Of a stretch of DNA of 64,000 nucleotides, positions 47,701-56,315 are shown one piece after another (within the stretch, counting starts at the first letter, position 1; the number at the start of each line of letters is the position of its first letter). The translations under genes were made by a program, and so were the position numbers. Origin of the DNA: Bacillota bacterium. GTDB taxonomy: Bacteria > Bacillota > Clostridia > Christensenellales > DTU072. Where the stretch lies: assembly GCA_009781445.1 (NCBI GenBank), contig WQYD01000001.1, forward strand, positions 4,960-68,959, written 5' to 3'. Under the pieces are notes generated by a model. That model did no database searches. It was not told the origin of the DNA and saw only the letters and a program-made list of their open reading frames with translations.

Positions 47701-48591
47701 ATGACTTACGATGTAATTATTATTGGTTCAGGCCCTGCGGGGCTAACGGCAGGGATTTATGCCACGAGGGGCGGAAAGAAAGCCCTTATAATTGAGGGCG
47801 GAAATCGCGGTGGCGCAATCATTTTAACCGATATTATTGAGAATTATAGCGGTTTTAAGCATATAGACGGCTTTACGCTTGCGGAAAATATGCGCGAACA
47901 AGCGGAACTTTTTGGCACGGAATTTTTATCTGATACGGTTACGGAATATCGGCTTGACGGCGTCAAAAAGAGTGTGGTAACCGAACTTAACGGTGAAATT
48001 TTTGCAAAAAATATCATTTTGTGCATGGGAACGGAAAGCAGGCGGTTGGGGCTTGCAAATGAAGATAAACTTATCGGCAGGGGGGTTTCGTACTGCGCCA
48101 CTTGTGACGGATTCTTTTTTAAAAACAAAACCGTGGTGGTTAACGGCGGTGGCGACACGGCTTTAACCGAAGCCATGTATCTTAAAAAGATATGCAAAGA
48201 GGTTTACCTTGTGCATCGCAGGCACGGCTTTAAGGCAAGCGCGGTTCTTGCAAAGCGGTTGCTTGATAGCGGGGTTAAACTTGTGCTTGATTCCGTAATT
48301 GAAAAGTTAAACGGCGAACCGCTTAAAAGCATAACGGTTAAAAATGTGGTTAGCGGTGAAACTAAAGAAATTGAAACGGACGGATTGTTTGTGGCAATAG
48401 GCACAATTCCAAGAACCGAACTTCTCAAAGGTAAAATTGATTTAAACGAAAGCGGTTATATAATCACAGACGAAGATATGAAAACCAATATCGCAGGCGT
48501 GTTCGGCGCAGGCGATATCCGCCAAAAATCCTTGCGCCAAGTTATCACCGCGTGCGCAGACGGGGCAATAGCGTCATTTCAGATTGATTAA
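47701..48591 (+). CDS. trxB: Thioredoxin-disulfide reductase
   Basis: GSGPAG FAD motif, redox-active CATCDG, GGGDTALTEA NADPH motif, GAGD near the C-terminus. ATG 47701 lies 6 nt after a consensus -10. Confidence 0.85.
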   Translation: MTYDVIIIGSGPAGLTAGIYATRGGKKALIIEGGNRGGAIILTDIIENYSGFKHIDGFTLAENMREQAELFGTEFLSDTVTEYRLDGVKKSVVTELNGEIFAKNIILCMGTESRRLGLANEDKLIGRGVSYCATCDGFFFKNKTVVVNGGGDTALTEAMYLKKICKEVYLVHRRHGFKASAVLAKRLLDSGVKLVLDSVIEKLNGEPLKSITVKNVVSGETKEIETDGLFVAIGTIPRTELLKGKIDLNESGYIITDEDMKTNIAGVFGAGDIRQKSLRQVITACADGAIASFQID

Positions 48592-48681
48592 AAACCTATA
48601 ATGTTTTTCGCCACTCTGCTGTGAAAAGCGTGGGTTTCCTCATTGCTAACCGACTGAAATTGTAGGCGGTTAAATTTTAGG

Positions 48682-48906
48682 TTAGTAGGTTTTAATGCCC
48701 AACAAGTAGTCTGCCGAAACATCAAATAGGGCGCAGACCGTAATCAATTGCGAGTAGTTTAATTCAAAAATTCCGTTTTCAAAACGACTGTATTGTTGTT
48801 GTGTCATAAATAATTCTTTTGCCACCATACTTTGTGTGTATCCTGTGGCACGGCGACTCTCTTTTAAGCGGTTGCCAACCTCTTTCTTTATATCCATTGA
48901 AGACAT
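48682..48906 (-). CDS. XRE-family helix-turn-helix transcriptional regulator
   Basis: GNRLKESRRATGYTQSMVAKELFMTQQQYSRFENG is a classic HTH_3 pattern. The start is uncertain (GTG 48912, ATG 48906 or ATG 48897). Confidence 0.75.
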   Translation of the reverse strand: MSSMDIKKEVGNRLKESRRATGYTQSMVAKELFMTQQQYSRFENGIFELNYSQLITVCALFDVSADYLLGIKTY

Positions 48907-48931
48907 TTTCACATATACATCATTTTATGTG

Positions 48932-48960
48932 TTGACTTACATCACAAAACGATGTATAAT
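48932..48960 (+). promoter_or_regulatory. Consensus promoter TTGACT-17-TATAAT for the Sel1-like gene
   Basis: Hexamers at 48932-48937 and 48955-48960. AAGGAG SD lies downstream. Confidence 0.6.
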
Positions 48961-48987
48961 TATTTCATACTCAAGGAGAAAGCCTTT

Positions 48988-49821
48988 ATGAATATAAAAA
49001 GCAAGGCAGATAGTGGAGATGCAAAGGCGTGCTATCAATACGGATACTATCTTCAGCACGAAAAAAATAACCCACATGAGGCGACTGTTTATTACCAAAA
49101 GGGGATTGAAGCAGGACGCAAGCCTAACGCGAACTGCTTGTTTGCGCTTGGTGAGGCTTATTGGGACGGAGATGGCGTTCCGCAAGACCACGAAAAAGCA
49201 GAACAGCTTTTTTCCATGGCAGTTCCGTTACTTGTAAAAATTGCAAAAAAGAAAAAAGACCCTTTTGCGCAAGCGTCTTCTCAATTCTTTTTAGGGGTAA
49301 TTTATCTAAAGTCAAACAAGCTTAGGGATGACCAAAAAGCCTACAACTATTTTGTTGCCAGCTATAAAAACAGCTGTAGTGATACGGCAAAAAGCATGGC
49401 GGAACTCATTGAAAAATGTAGCCCAGCGGGCATTAAAACCAAAAAAATAAAGTACAAAGAACGAGCGCAAAGTAGCGCGACTCTTGATGTTGTGTTTCGT
49501 TTTGCACTCAGAGCAACGCCAGAAAACATTTCAAGTGCAATAACCGCTATAGAAAAAACGGTGAACTTCGCATCGCTTCTTTTCGGTGGCAGTGGGATTT
49601 CTTCCTCGCTTGGTGCAAGATCTACGCCGAGCGAGTATCCTTACAATGCGCCAAAAACCGTGGGAAGAGGGCGCATGGTGCTTGACGGCGTGCATTATTA
49701 TTTTGAGAAGAGCAACGGCGAGCGTATCGCAATTGAGCAATACGATAGAGCAACGGGTGAGGCGAAGGGTTATGACGGTAAAACCTACAATGTTGACGGT
49801 GGCGGATTAGATTACAAATAG
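48988..49821 (+). CDS. Sel1-like repeat (SLR) protein with an unrelated C-terminal domain
   Basis: Consensus promoter at 48932-48960 and AAGGAG SD. The N-terminus has SLR-type repeats (ACYQYGYYL..., LFALGEAYWDGDGVPQDHEKAEQLF). Confidence 0.6.
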   Translation: MNIKSKADSGDAKACYQYGYYLQHEKNNPHEATVYYQKGIEAGRKPNANCLFALGEAYWDGDGVPQDHEKAEQLFSMAVPLLVKIAKKKKDPFAQASSQFFLGVIYLKSNKLRDDQKAYNYFVASYKNSCSDTAKSMAELIEKCSPAGIKTKKIKYKERAQSSATLDVVFRFALRATPENISSAITAIEKTVNFASLLFGGSGISSSLGARSTPSEYPYNAPKTVGRGRMVLDGVHYYFEKSNGERIAIEQYDRATGEAKGYDGKTYNVDGGGLDYK

Positions 49822-49866
49822 TAAACAAAAACAACAAACAAAAACAACAAACAAAGGAGAATTTTT

Positions 49867-50400
49867 ATGAACTATGACTACAAAACAGTAAAAGCCTACC
49901 CAGACGAAGAGGGTTTGAGGATTGCCTTAGAGCGTTGGAGAAAGTATGGGTATGTATTGCATGACCACAAAACCGTAACGGTAAACTGTCATTCTTCCAC
50001 CGCCAAGTATTTTACCGAAGATGAAGTGAAGAACGAACGCAAATTCATAAAGCTTAGAAAAGATATCGCTGGGTATGACTACGGTGAGATAACACTAAAA
50101 AGACCCACCGACATTGCGAATTATGCAAAAATCGTTGAGACTGAAAGAGAGGTAGACGGACTTTTACGCCAAAGGCAAGCTGTGGCAGACGAAGAAAGAG
50201 AACTTGAAAAAAAGCTTCTCAAATTTAGCGCGTCAAAATTTGGATGCCTCTTTATGTTTTTCCTAATTCCAGGTTTACTTTACTACTACTCAGCGAGAAA
50301 AAAGAGCGAGAATTTTCGCAGTAGTCCCGCTGTAGCGCCTATTATGGCGAAGTATATGGCGATAGACGAACAGATAGCCAAGTTAGAGAGGCAACTTTAG
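49867..50400 (+). CDS. Hypothetical protein with one TM segment and a coiled-coil
   Basis: AAAGGAG SD. FGCLFMFFLIPGLLYYY is hydrophobic. No recognisable domain. Confidence 0.55.
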   Translation: MNYDYKTVKAYPDEEGLRIALERWRKYGYVLHDHKTVTVNCHSSTAKYFTEDEVKNERKFIKLRKDIAGYDYGEITLKRPTDIANYAKIVETEREVDGLLRQRQAVADEERELEKKLLKFSASKFGCLFMFFLIPGLLYYYSARKKSENFRSSPAVAPIMAKYMAIDEQIAKLERQL

Positions 50401-50403
50401 GGA

Positions 50404-51858
50404 TTAATTCTGCTTAAATGTTACCACGCTATCACTTATCCATGCGTCAAGCATAAATCCGATATCTTTGCGTTTTACTCTGAATGCGGTAAGCAAGGAT
50501 TCTTTGGTGGCGAATTTGAAAGCGTTTTGTTCGTAATAATATCTTAATGCCTTATCAAAACTTTTTTCACCTGCGTAGCTGAACACATTGTCAAAGAATA
50601 AGCTACCGCGGGTGTAAACTGCCATTGAGTATTCGTAAGCGGTGCTAAATGCGTAAATGCTTTGGGTAAAATTAAGAGAAGTTTCGGGATTAATGGGCTT
50701 TTGCAGGCGCACATAGGAATCATATTCATTTTTTGCCCTGCCCCTTAGGGTTTTGAATCTTGCGCTGTTTCCGCTTTTAAGATAATAATAATCGCTTAAA
50801 AAGGTAACGAGTGCTTCGTCAAGCCATGCGGAATTAACATGATCCGAACCCACCACCATGCCGAACCATTGGTGCAGGGTTTCATGAATCACGATTGCTT
50901 CCTTATCTGTCGCCGTGCGGTTTATAAACACAAGCCCCGAATATTCCATACCGCCGTAATAAAAATTAATATCCGCAAGCGAAAATGAGGGGTAAGGATA
51001 ATCACCGATAATCTCATTAAAAACCTTTAAGGTGTTTTTCGCCGTTTCAAAAGCGGACACGGGGGGCTTATCCGAAGAGGGGTAATAGTAAAAAATATCT
51101 GTGCCGTTAACCTCACCGCTTAGCACATTAAATGTGTAAGATGCCACAAAAGCAAAATCTCTGATTCCCTCTGCGTTGATTTCCACCCTCTTATAGCTTC
51201 TGCCGAAAGTTTCGCTTGATTGGCTACCGCTTGACGCAATTACAAGCGCGGGATTACATTCAATTATAACCTTGTAATTTGCTATCTCTTGATAAAAGGG
51301 ATCACCTGTACGGGAATAAATATCCTCTCTGAAACTTCCGTTTTCAAAAACCGAAAGCACAGGGTAAAAGCTACCCATGTTCAAAATGTTTGCGCTAAGC
51401 CCCATGCGCAGGTTGCACACAGGCACATTTATTTTTGCCTCAAATCTGATTAACGCCTTTTCGCCCACGGCAATCGGCGCGTTAAGCGATAGAGTCATAA
51501 TAGTGGTGTTTTTAATAGAATAGGTAACCTTTTCACCGTTTACGGTTACCGAAAGCATATCAATTCCGCCATAACCCGCAGGGCGGGAAAGATAAGCTGT
51601 GTGTTCCGCGCCTTCACGGAAAGCGTTGGCATAAAGATAAAAAACGAGGCTGTTTAAATCTTTGCTTTCGGTATTCGTGTAAGTTATTGTTTGCTTTAAA
51701 TCAAGCGTTCTTAAATCGTCACTGATAGAAATCAAAATTTCATATTCATTTAAATTTTTCGGAAGTTCAACCGCGCCGTCACCGCTGTTTTTTGCGCAGG
51801 CAGTAAGCACGCAACACATAAGAATGAGTATGGCGGTAATTAAAATTAGTTTTTTCAT
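50404..51858 (-). CDS. M1-family (gluzincin) zinc metallopeptidase, lipoprotein
   Basis: HETLH-x18-E zinc signature. Signal peptide with lipobox LTAC when started at ATG 51858 (GGAAG SD upstream). Confidence 0.85.
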   Translation of the reverse strand: MKKLILITAILILMCCVLTACAKNSGDGAVELPKNLNEYEILISISDDLRTLDLKQTITYTNTESKDLNSLVFYLYANAFREGAEHTAYLSRPAGYGGIDMLSVTVNGEKVTYSIKNTTIMTLSLNAPIAVGEKALIRFEAKINVPVCNLRMGLSANILNMGSFYPVLSVFENGSFREDIYSRTGDPFYQEIANYKVIIECNPALVIASSGSQSSETFGRSYKRVEINAEGIRDFAFVASYTFNVLSGEVNGTDIFYYYPSSDKPPVSAFETAKNTLKVFNEIIGDYPYPSFSLADINFYYGGMEYSGLVFINRTATDKEAIVIHETLHQWFGMVVGSDHVNSAWLDEALVTFLSDYYYLKSGNSARFKTLRGRAKNEYDSYVRLQKPINPETSLNFTQSIYAFSTAYEYSMAVYTRGSLFFDNVFSYAGEKSFDKALRYYYEQNAFKFATKESLLTAFRVKRKDIGFMLDAWISDSVVTFKQN

Positions 51859-52138
51859 AATAACACTTCCGCAAATAGTAAATGCTTGAGGGGGGCTTCG
51901 TAAAATCATTTTTACTTTAAATTTACCTTTTTATGCGCTTGTAAAAAGGTGCAGAACCTTAGAAGAATATGTTATATTATTGAAGATATATCTTGCTTTT
52001 TGAGAGGTATTCATATTTTTCCCCCTTGTGGCAGGAAGGAATCCTTAAATGGTGGGTTCCTTTTTGTCTGTTATGAACCAATTTTTTGCCCCCGCTTGAA
52101 CCTCAACAGCTATTTGAGAGAAATATAGCTTTTTAGTA

Positions 52139-52167
52139 TTGAAAAATTTTCCAAATAGTTATATAAT
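52139..52167 (+). promoter_or_regulatory. Consensus promoter TTGAAA-17-TATAAT ending 7 nt before the ATG of the lipase-like gene (leaderless-type)
   Basis: Hexamers at 52139-52144 and 52162-52167. ATG at 52175. Confidence 0.65.
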
Positions 52168-52174
52168 AATAGGT

Positions 52175-53551
52175 ATGAAACGCAAAATTAGTATTTTTAT
52201 TATAGTAACAATAATTTTAAGCTTATCGCTTTTCACCCTTATTGCCTGTGGCAACGGCGGTAACGGTGGTAACGGTGGTAACGGCGGTGAGGAAGGCGAA
52301 GATTTGCTTAGCAGTCTTAGGCTAAAAGACCCTGTGGATTATGCGGAAGAAGTTAAGTTTGACACAGCCAGATTTCCTGCCTTGGCAGAGCAAGGGCTTT
52401 TTTGGGCAAAGTTTGATCAAGACAATTTAAAAATTGACCTTGTAAAGGCAGATGCAGACGGCGCGGAAACGCTTGTTGATCCTAACAAGCCCACTATAAT
52501 ATATATCCACGGATTGCTTTCGGACACGGGCAGAAAGGGCTATGAAAAGTTTACGCTCACAGACCCGATTATAAAGTCGCCCACCTTTGATTTTTACGAT
52601 ATTCTTAATTGGGACAAGGAAAAGAACAGCGATATTGAGCTTGCAGCACTTTGGATAATGCAAGGTTGGAATGTGGGGCTTTATCAGTACAATAGGTTTT
52701 CGGACGAGGAATTTGGTGCCATTAATCAAGCAGAGGGCAAAATTTGGGGCGTAGGGAAACAAAGAAACTTTTTGGGAATGAATTTCCGAAACAGCCAAGG
52801 CAGTTCGGTAAACCATGTTTCAGAATATTCTCTTGCCGAACATTTTGCAGGGGACTATATCCGTGCCACCCGCAAGATTGAGGGCTTCGGAAATGCAGAA
52901 ATCCGCCTTGCAGGGCATTCATTGGGCGGTGAGTTCACGGTAGCGTCTATGTTTTTATTAACGGAACTTGTTAGAGTGGGGCAACTTCCTTTAAAGGTTT
53001 TACCCCAAAGGCTTGCGCTGTTAGACCCGTTATTCGGTGCGTCGTTTCTTGAGTTTGGCGTGTTGAGGCTTAGGTTTTTTTATGGGTTTGAAGTTCGTTG
53101 GTCTGGCGGACGCCTTATCAAAGACAACATTACGGATACCATGCTTGCTATCACAAATGAATTCGGCGCAAACGGCATTGCTGTGGAAGTTTATGCCGTT
53201 AACGGAAACCAAACAAGCGTAGCAGTACCTTTTGCTGTGGGCGAAAGTAAAGGTATGGTAGTATGCCGTATGTTCACGAACTACAACGACTTTACGGTGG
53301 GACCGTACTCAGTAGGCGAAAGCTATAGCCCTTATGACGGGCACACAGGCATAAGAGATTGGTACTTCCTTTCACTTCTTCATGATAAAGTTAAAGATAC
53401 CACTACGGAAGGCGTAACCGCTTTCGGCCCAAGTGCAAGCTTGCCCACGGAAACGCTTAAAAGCTTTATAGGCACATTCTTTTTGCAGGATCAAGGCAGA
53501 ACCAGCGTATTCTCTTTTGATACCACATACAAAAGAGTTACCGCAAGCTAA
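52175..53551 (+). CDS. Lipase-like alpha/beta-hydrolase lipoprotein
   Basis: Lipobox LIAC followed by a (GNG)n linker. GHSLGG nucleophile elbow. ATG 52175 lies 7 nt after a consensus -10. Confidence 0.7.
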   Translation: MKRKISIFIIVTIILSLSLFTLIACGNGGNGGNGGNGGEEGEDLLSSLRLKDPVDYAEEVKFDTARFPALAEQGLFWAKFDQDNLKIDLVKADADGAETLVDPNKPTIIYIHGLLSDTGRKGYEKFTLTDPIIKSPTFDFYDILNWDKEKNSDIELAALWIMQGWNVGLYQYNRFSDEEFGAINQAEGKIWGVGKQRNFLGMNFRNSQGSSVNHVSEYSLAEHFAGDYIRATRKIEGFGNAEIRLAGHSLGGEFTVASMFLLTELVRVGQLPLKVLPQRLALLDPLFGASFLEFGVLRLRFFYGFEVRWSGGRLIKDNITDTMLAITNEFGANGIAVEVYAVNGNQTSVAVPFAVGESKGMVVCRMFTNYNDFTVGPYSVGESYSPYDGHTGIRDWYFLSLLHDKVKDTTTEGVTAFGPSASLPTETLKSFIGTFFLQDQGRTSVFSFDTTYKRVTAS

Positions 53552-53591
53552 TTAAAAGTTTCGGTGAAATAATCAAAAATAATCTTTCATT

Positions 53592-53627
53592 AAACGGCGT
53601 AATCATAGTGGGTTGCGCCGTTTTTTG
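53592..53627 (+). terminator. Intrinsic terminator after the lipase-like gene
   Basis: AACGGCG pairs with CGCCGTT, followed by T6. Confidence 0.6.
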
Positions 53628-53664
53628 TGGTGTTAATCGGTATAACTGCGCATATATTGTGAGT

Positions 53665-54501
53665 ATGGAAAGTATAGCTTACTATAACGGCAATATCGGG
53701 CGTCCTGAAGAATTAAGCATTCCGTTTAATGATCGCGTTCATTTTTTTGGTGACGGGGTTTACGATGCCACTTACACAATTAACTTTAAGCCCCTCACCC
53801 TTAACCGCCATATCGGACGGTTTTTTAACAGCGCAGGGCTTATCGGCTTAAATTTGCCGATTTCTCAGCAAGAATTAAGGGATATTATTTTAAATTTGCT
53901 TTCGCAAGCGGATAACCCTGAGTGCCTTGTTTATTGGCAAGCCACGCGTGGCACGGATATTAGAAATCATTCCTTTCCGCATGATATGCGCGCAAACATT
54001 TGGGTTTTAATAAAGCCCGCGCCTCTTTTTGATATAAACGAAAAATTCAAAACGATAACCGTTGAAGATAAACGCTTCAAGCTATGCAATGTTAAAACTC
54101 TAAACCTTTTACCCAATATCCTTGCTTACCGCGAAGCGGAAGATAAGGGCGCAGGCGAGGCGATATTTGTGCGCGAGGGGCGCGTTACCGAATGTTCGCA
54201 CAGCAATGTAAGCATGATAAAAGGCGGTTGCTTTTTTACCCCCCCTGCGGATAATTTAATCCTTGCAGGCGTAACGCGCCAAATCGCCATTGAAGCCTGC
54301 CACAATCTTTCTATCCCCGTAAAAGAAGAACCCTTCAGCCTCAGCGATTTAATGGATTCAGACGAACCAATAATCACCAGCGCAGGCAAACTCTTCATAG
54401 GAATCTCACACATAAACGGCACGCCAGTAGGTGGCAAAGACGAATCTTTGCTTAAAAAGATACAAGCTGAAGTGGGAAGAATTGTGAGAAGTGAAGAATA
54501 A
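53665..54501 (+). CDS. Class IV aminotransferase (D-amino-acid / branched-chain aminotransferase family)
   Basis: FFGDGVYD, LNLLPNILA..EA and E...SNV motifs, length ~278 aa. Confidence 0.8.
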   Translation: MESIAYYNGNIGRPEELSIPFNDRVHFFGDGVYDATYTINFKPLTLNRHIGRFFNSAGLIGLNLPISQQELRDIILNLLSQADNPECLVYWQATRGTDIRNHSFPHDMRANIWVLIKPAPLFDINEKFKTITVEDKRFKLCNVKTLNLLPNILAYREAEDKGAGEAIFVREGRVTECSHSNVSMIKGGCFFTPPADNLILAGVTRQIAIEACHNLSIPVKEEPFSLSDLMDSDEPIITSAGKLFIGISHINGTPVGGKDESLLKKIQAEVGRIVRSEE

Positions 54502-54520
54502 GTACTTCGTACTTATTCTT
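54494..54520. terminator. 12-bp-stem hairpin overlapping the stop codons of two convergent genes
   Basis: AAGAATAAGTAC-TTC-GTACTTATTCTT. The TAA at 54499-54501 and the minus-strand TAA at 54513-54515 lie in opposite arms. Confidence 0.5.
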
Positions 54521-56048
54521 TCTCAAGTTGGTGTCTTCGCACAGCCAACTCTGCCACGATTCTTGCGTGTTCTTTATCGTCAAGCGCGTAGTTTAGCGTG
54601 GGGATAATTGCAAGCAGGCTTCCGATTAGCGGGGGGATTGACACGAGGAAGAAGAGGATAAACATAAAGGGTTGATATTGTTCCATTACGCGCGGAACAC
54701 CGCCAGCGTCTATAAAGGCATTTAGTTCTTCCACATTTTTATCCGAAAAGCCCACGATTGCGTAGCCCCCTGCGGAAATTAGTGCGGCGATGCCTGCGGA
54801 AAGTTTTGCAAGGAAAGTTTGCCCGCTGAAGAAAACCCCGTCTGGCCTGCCACCGTAATGGTATTCCTCGTAATCAATCGCGTCTGCTATCATAAAGGAT
54901 TGCAGAACCGTTGTCATGCCGAAACCGCCACCCACATTAAAATATAAAAGGAAACACAGCACAAGCGCAATAGGATCGGTGAGGTTCATTGGGGCAATGA
55001 GATAAAGCCCGAAAATCATGGCAAAGGGAATTGCCATTAAAATGTGCGATGCGTTATAAAGCGTTTTTTTGGAAAAGAGGTGCAAGAATTTTGGGGCGAG
55101 TGCCATGAACACAAATTGCCCCACGAAAAGCCCGCCACCGAGAAGTGCCATATAAAGCATTGCAAGCAAACCGTCCTTACTTGCGAAATAGTACGAAACT
55201 ATGGGAAGCGCAACAGTGGCAATAAGCATTTTTGGGCTACCGATAATGCCAGAAATGAGTACCTGACGGAAGGGTTTATTGCGCCACATGATTTTAAGGT
55301 TTTCTTTTAGAGTCGGCTTTTTTTCGGATTGTTTTACCCTTTCTTTAACCACAAAACCGCATAATTGAAACAGTATTCCTGAGAAAATCGCAAAGGACGA
55401 AGCCACAATCAAAAATGCGTATCTTTCTGCATTTCTTGGATCTGAAAAATGCGGTGCAAGCGCGTCCCTTAAACCAAAAACAATGGATTGCATGGAAAAT
55501 ATCACTATTCCTGCACCCAAAGCACCCACAATCCTCGCCACGCTTAAAAGTTTGTTCCGTTCCTTTGTATCTTCCGTCATAAGTGCGGAAACGCCCCAAA
55601 GCGGAATGTCTGCGCCTGTGTAAACCATTCCCCACAAAAGGTAACTAAACGCTGCCCACGAAATCATGGCTACCCTCATGCCCGAATCCATATCTGTGTA
55701 AAAACCAAAACTTGTGAAGCAAAGAATGGTTACAATCGTGATAGGAATGGGCATAATTTTAAGATACGGCACACACTTTCCGCCAAGCCTTTTGGAATTG
55801 GTTTTATCCACAATTGTACCCATAATAGGATCGTTAAATGCGTCCCACACCCTTGCAATGCCAAATATAACGCCGATAGTTACGGCAGGAATAAGGATTG
55901 TGAACTGCAAATAGTACGCAAAACAAGCGTTAATAATGTTATAAATCATGTTTTGCCCGAACATAGACATGAGATAAACATTCATTTCCTTTTTGGTGTA
56001 AGTGTTAAGTTTTAAAGAAGATTGATTTATTTGTGCATTTGTTTCCAT
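54513..56048 (-). CDS. GPH-family glycoside/cation symporter
   Basis: RVWDAFNDPIMGTIVDKT signature and ~12 TM segments. ATG 56048 lies 7 nt after a consensus -10. Confidence 0.85.
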   Translation of the reverse strand: METNAQINQSSLKLNTYTKKEMNVYLMSMFGQNMIYNIINACFAYYLQFTILIPAVTIGVIFGIARVWDAFNDPIMGTIVDKTNSKRLGGKCVPYLKIMPIPITIVTILCFTSFGFYTDMDSGMRVAMISWAAFSYLLWGMVYTGADIPLWGVSALMTEDTKERNKLLSVARIVGALGAGIVIFSMQSIVFGLRDALAPHFSDPRNAERYAFLIVASSFAIFSGILFQLCGFVVKERVKQSEKKPTLKENLKIMWRNKPFRQVLISGIIGSPKMLIATVALPIVSYYFASKDGLLAMLYMALLGGGLFVGQFVFMALAPKFLHLFSKKTLYNASHILMAIPFAMIFGLYLIAPMNLTDPIALVLCFLLYFNVGGGFGMTTVLQSFMIADAIDYEEYHYGGRPDGVFFSGQTFLAKLSAGIAALISAGGYAIVGFSDKNVEELNAFIDAGGVPRVMEQYQPFMFILFFLVSIPPLIGSLLAIIPTLNYALDDKEHARIVAELAVRRHQLEKE

Positions 56049-56055
56049 ATAACAC

Positions 56056-56083
56056 ATTATAAACTATCGGAAGTTAATTTCAA
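56056..56083 (-). promoter_or_regulatory. Consensus promoter TTGAAA-16-TATAAT ending 7 nt before the ATG of the GPH symporter (leaderless-type)
   Basis: Minus-strand -35 corresponds to plus-strand 56078-56083, and the -10 to 56056-56061. ATG at 56048. Confidence 0.6.
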
Positions 56084-56099
56084 AACAAGTTTTGAAATT
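56076..56099. promoter_or_regulatory. Perfect 11-2-11 palindrome AATTTCAAAAC-AA-GTTTTGAAATT overlapping the -35 of the GPH symporter promoter; candidate repressor operator
   Basis: Read directly. Its position over the -35 hexamer suits a repressor. Confidence 0.55.
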
Positions 56100-56176
56100 T
56101 GAGAAATCTGCGCTTGCGCTTGTTTTCTTGGCAATGCTTGCCGACTTCCTCGTTTGAATAACACTTGTTGCAACTC

Positions 56177-56204
56177 TTGCAAGCAAGTTGCAACTTCGTA
56201 TAAT
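56177..56204 (+). promoter_or_regulatory. Promoter TTGCAA-16-TATAAT for the yitT-family gene (~105-nt leader)
   Basis: Hexamers at 56177-56182 and 56199-56204. Confidence 0.5.
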
Positions 56205-56315
56205 ATAAACCACGGTGTGGCATTTTTCAATTGCATTGTAAGCAGATAAGATATAAAATTGTGTTAGTGAGATTTTAGTAAAGATTTTAAATTGTGTTAA
56301 GGGGAATGCGAAAAA

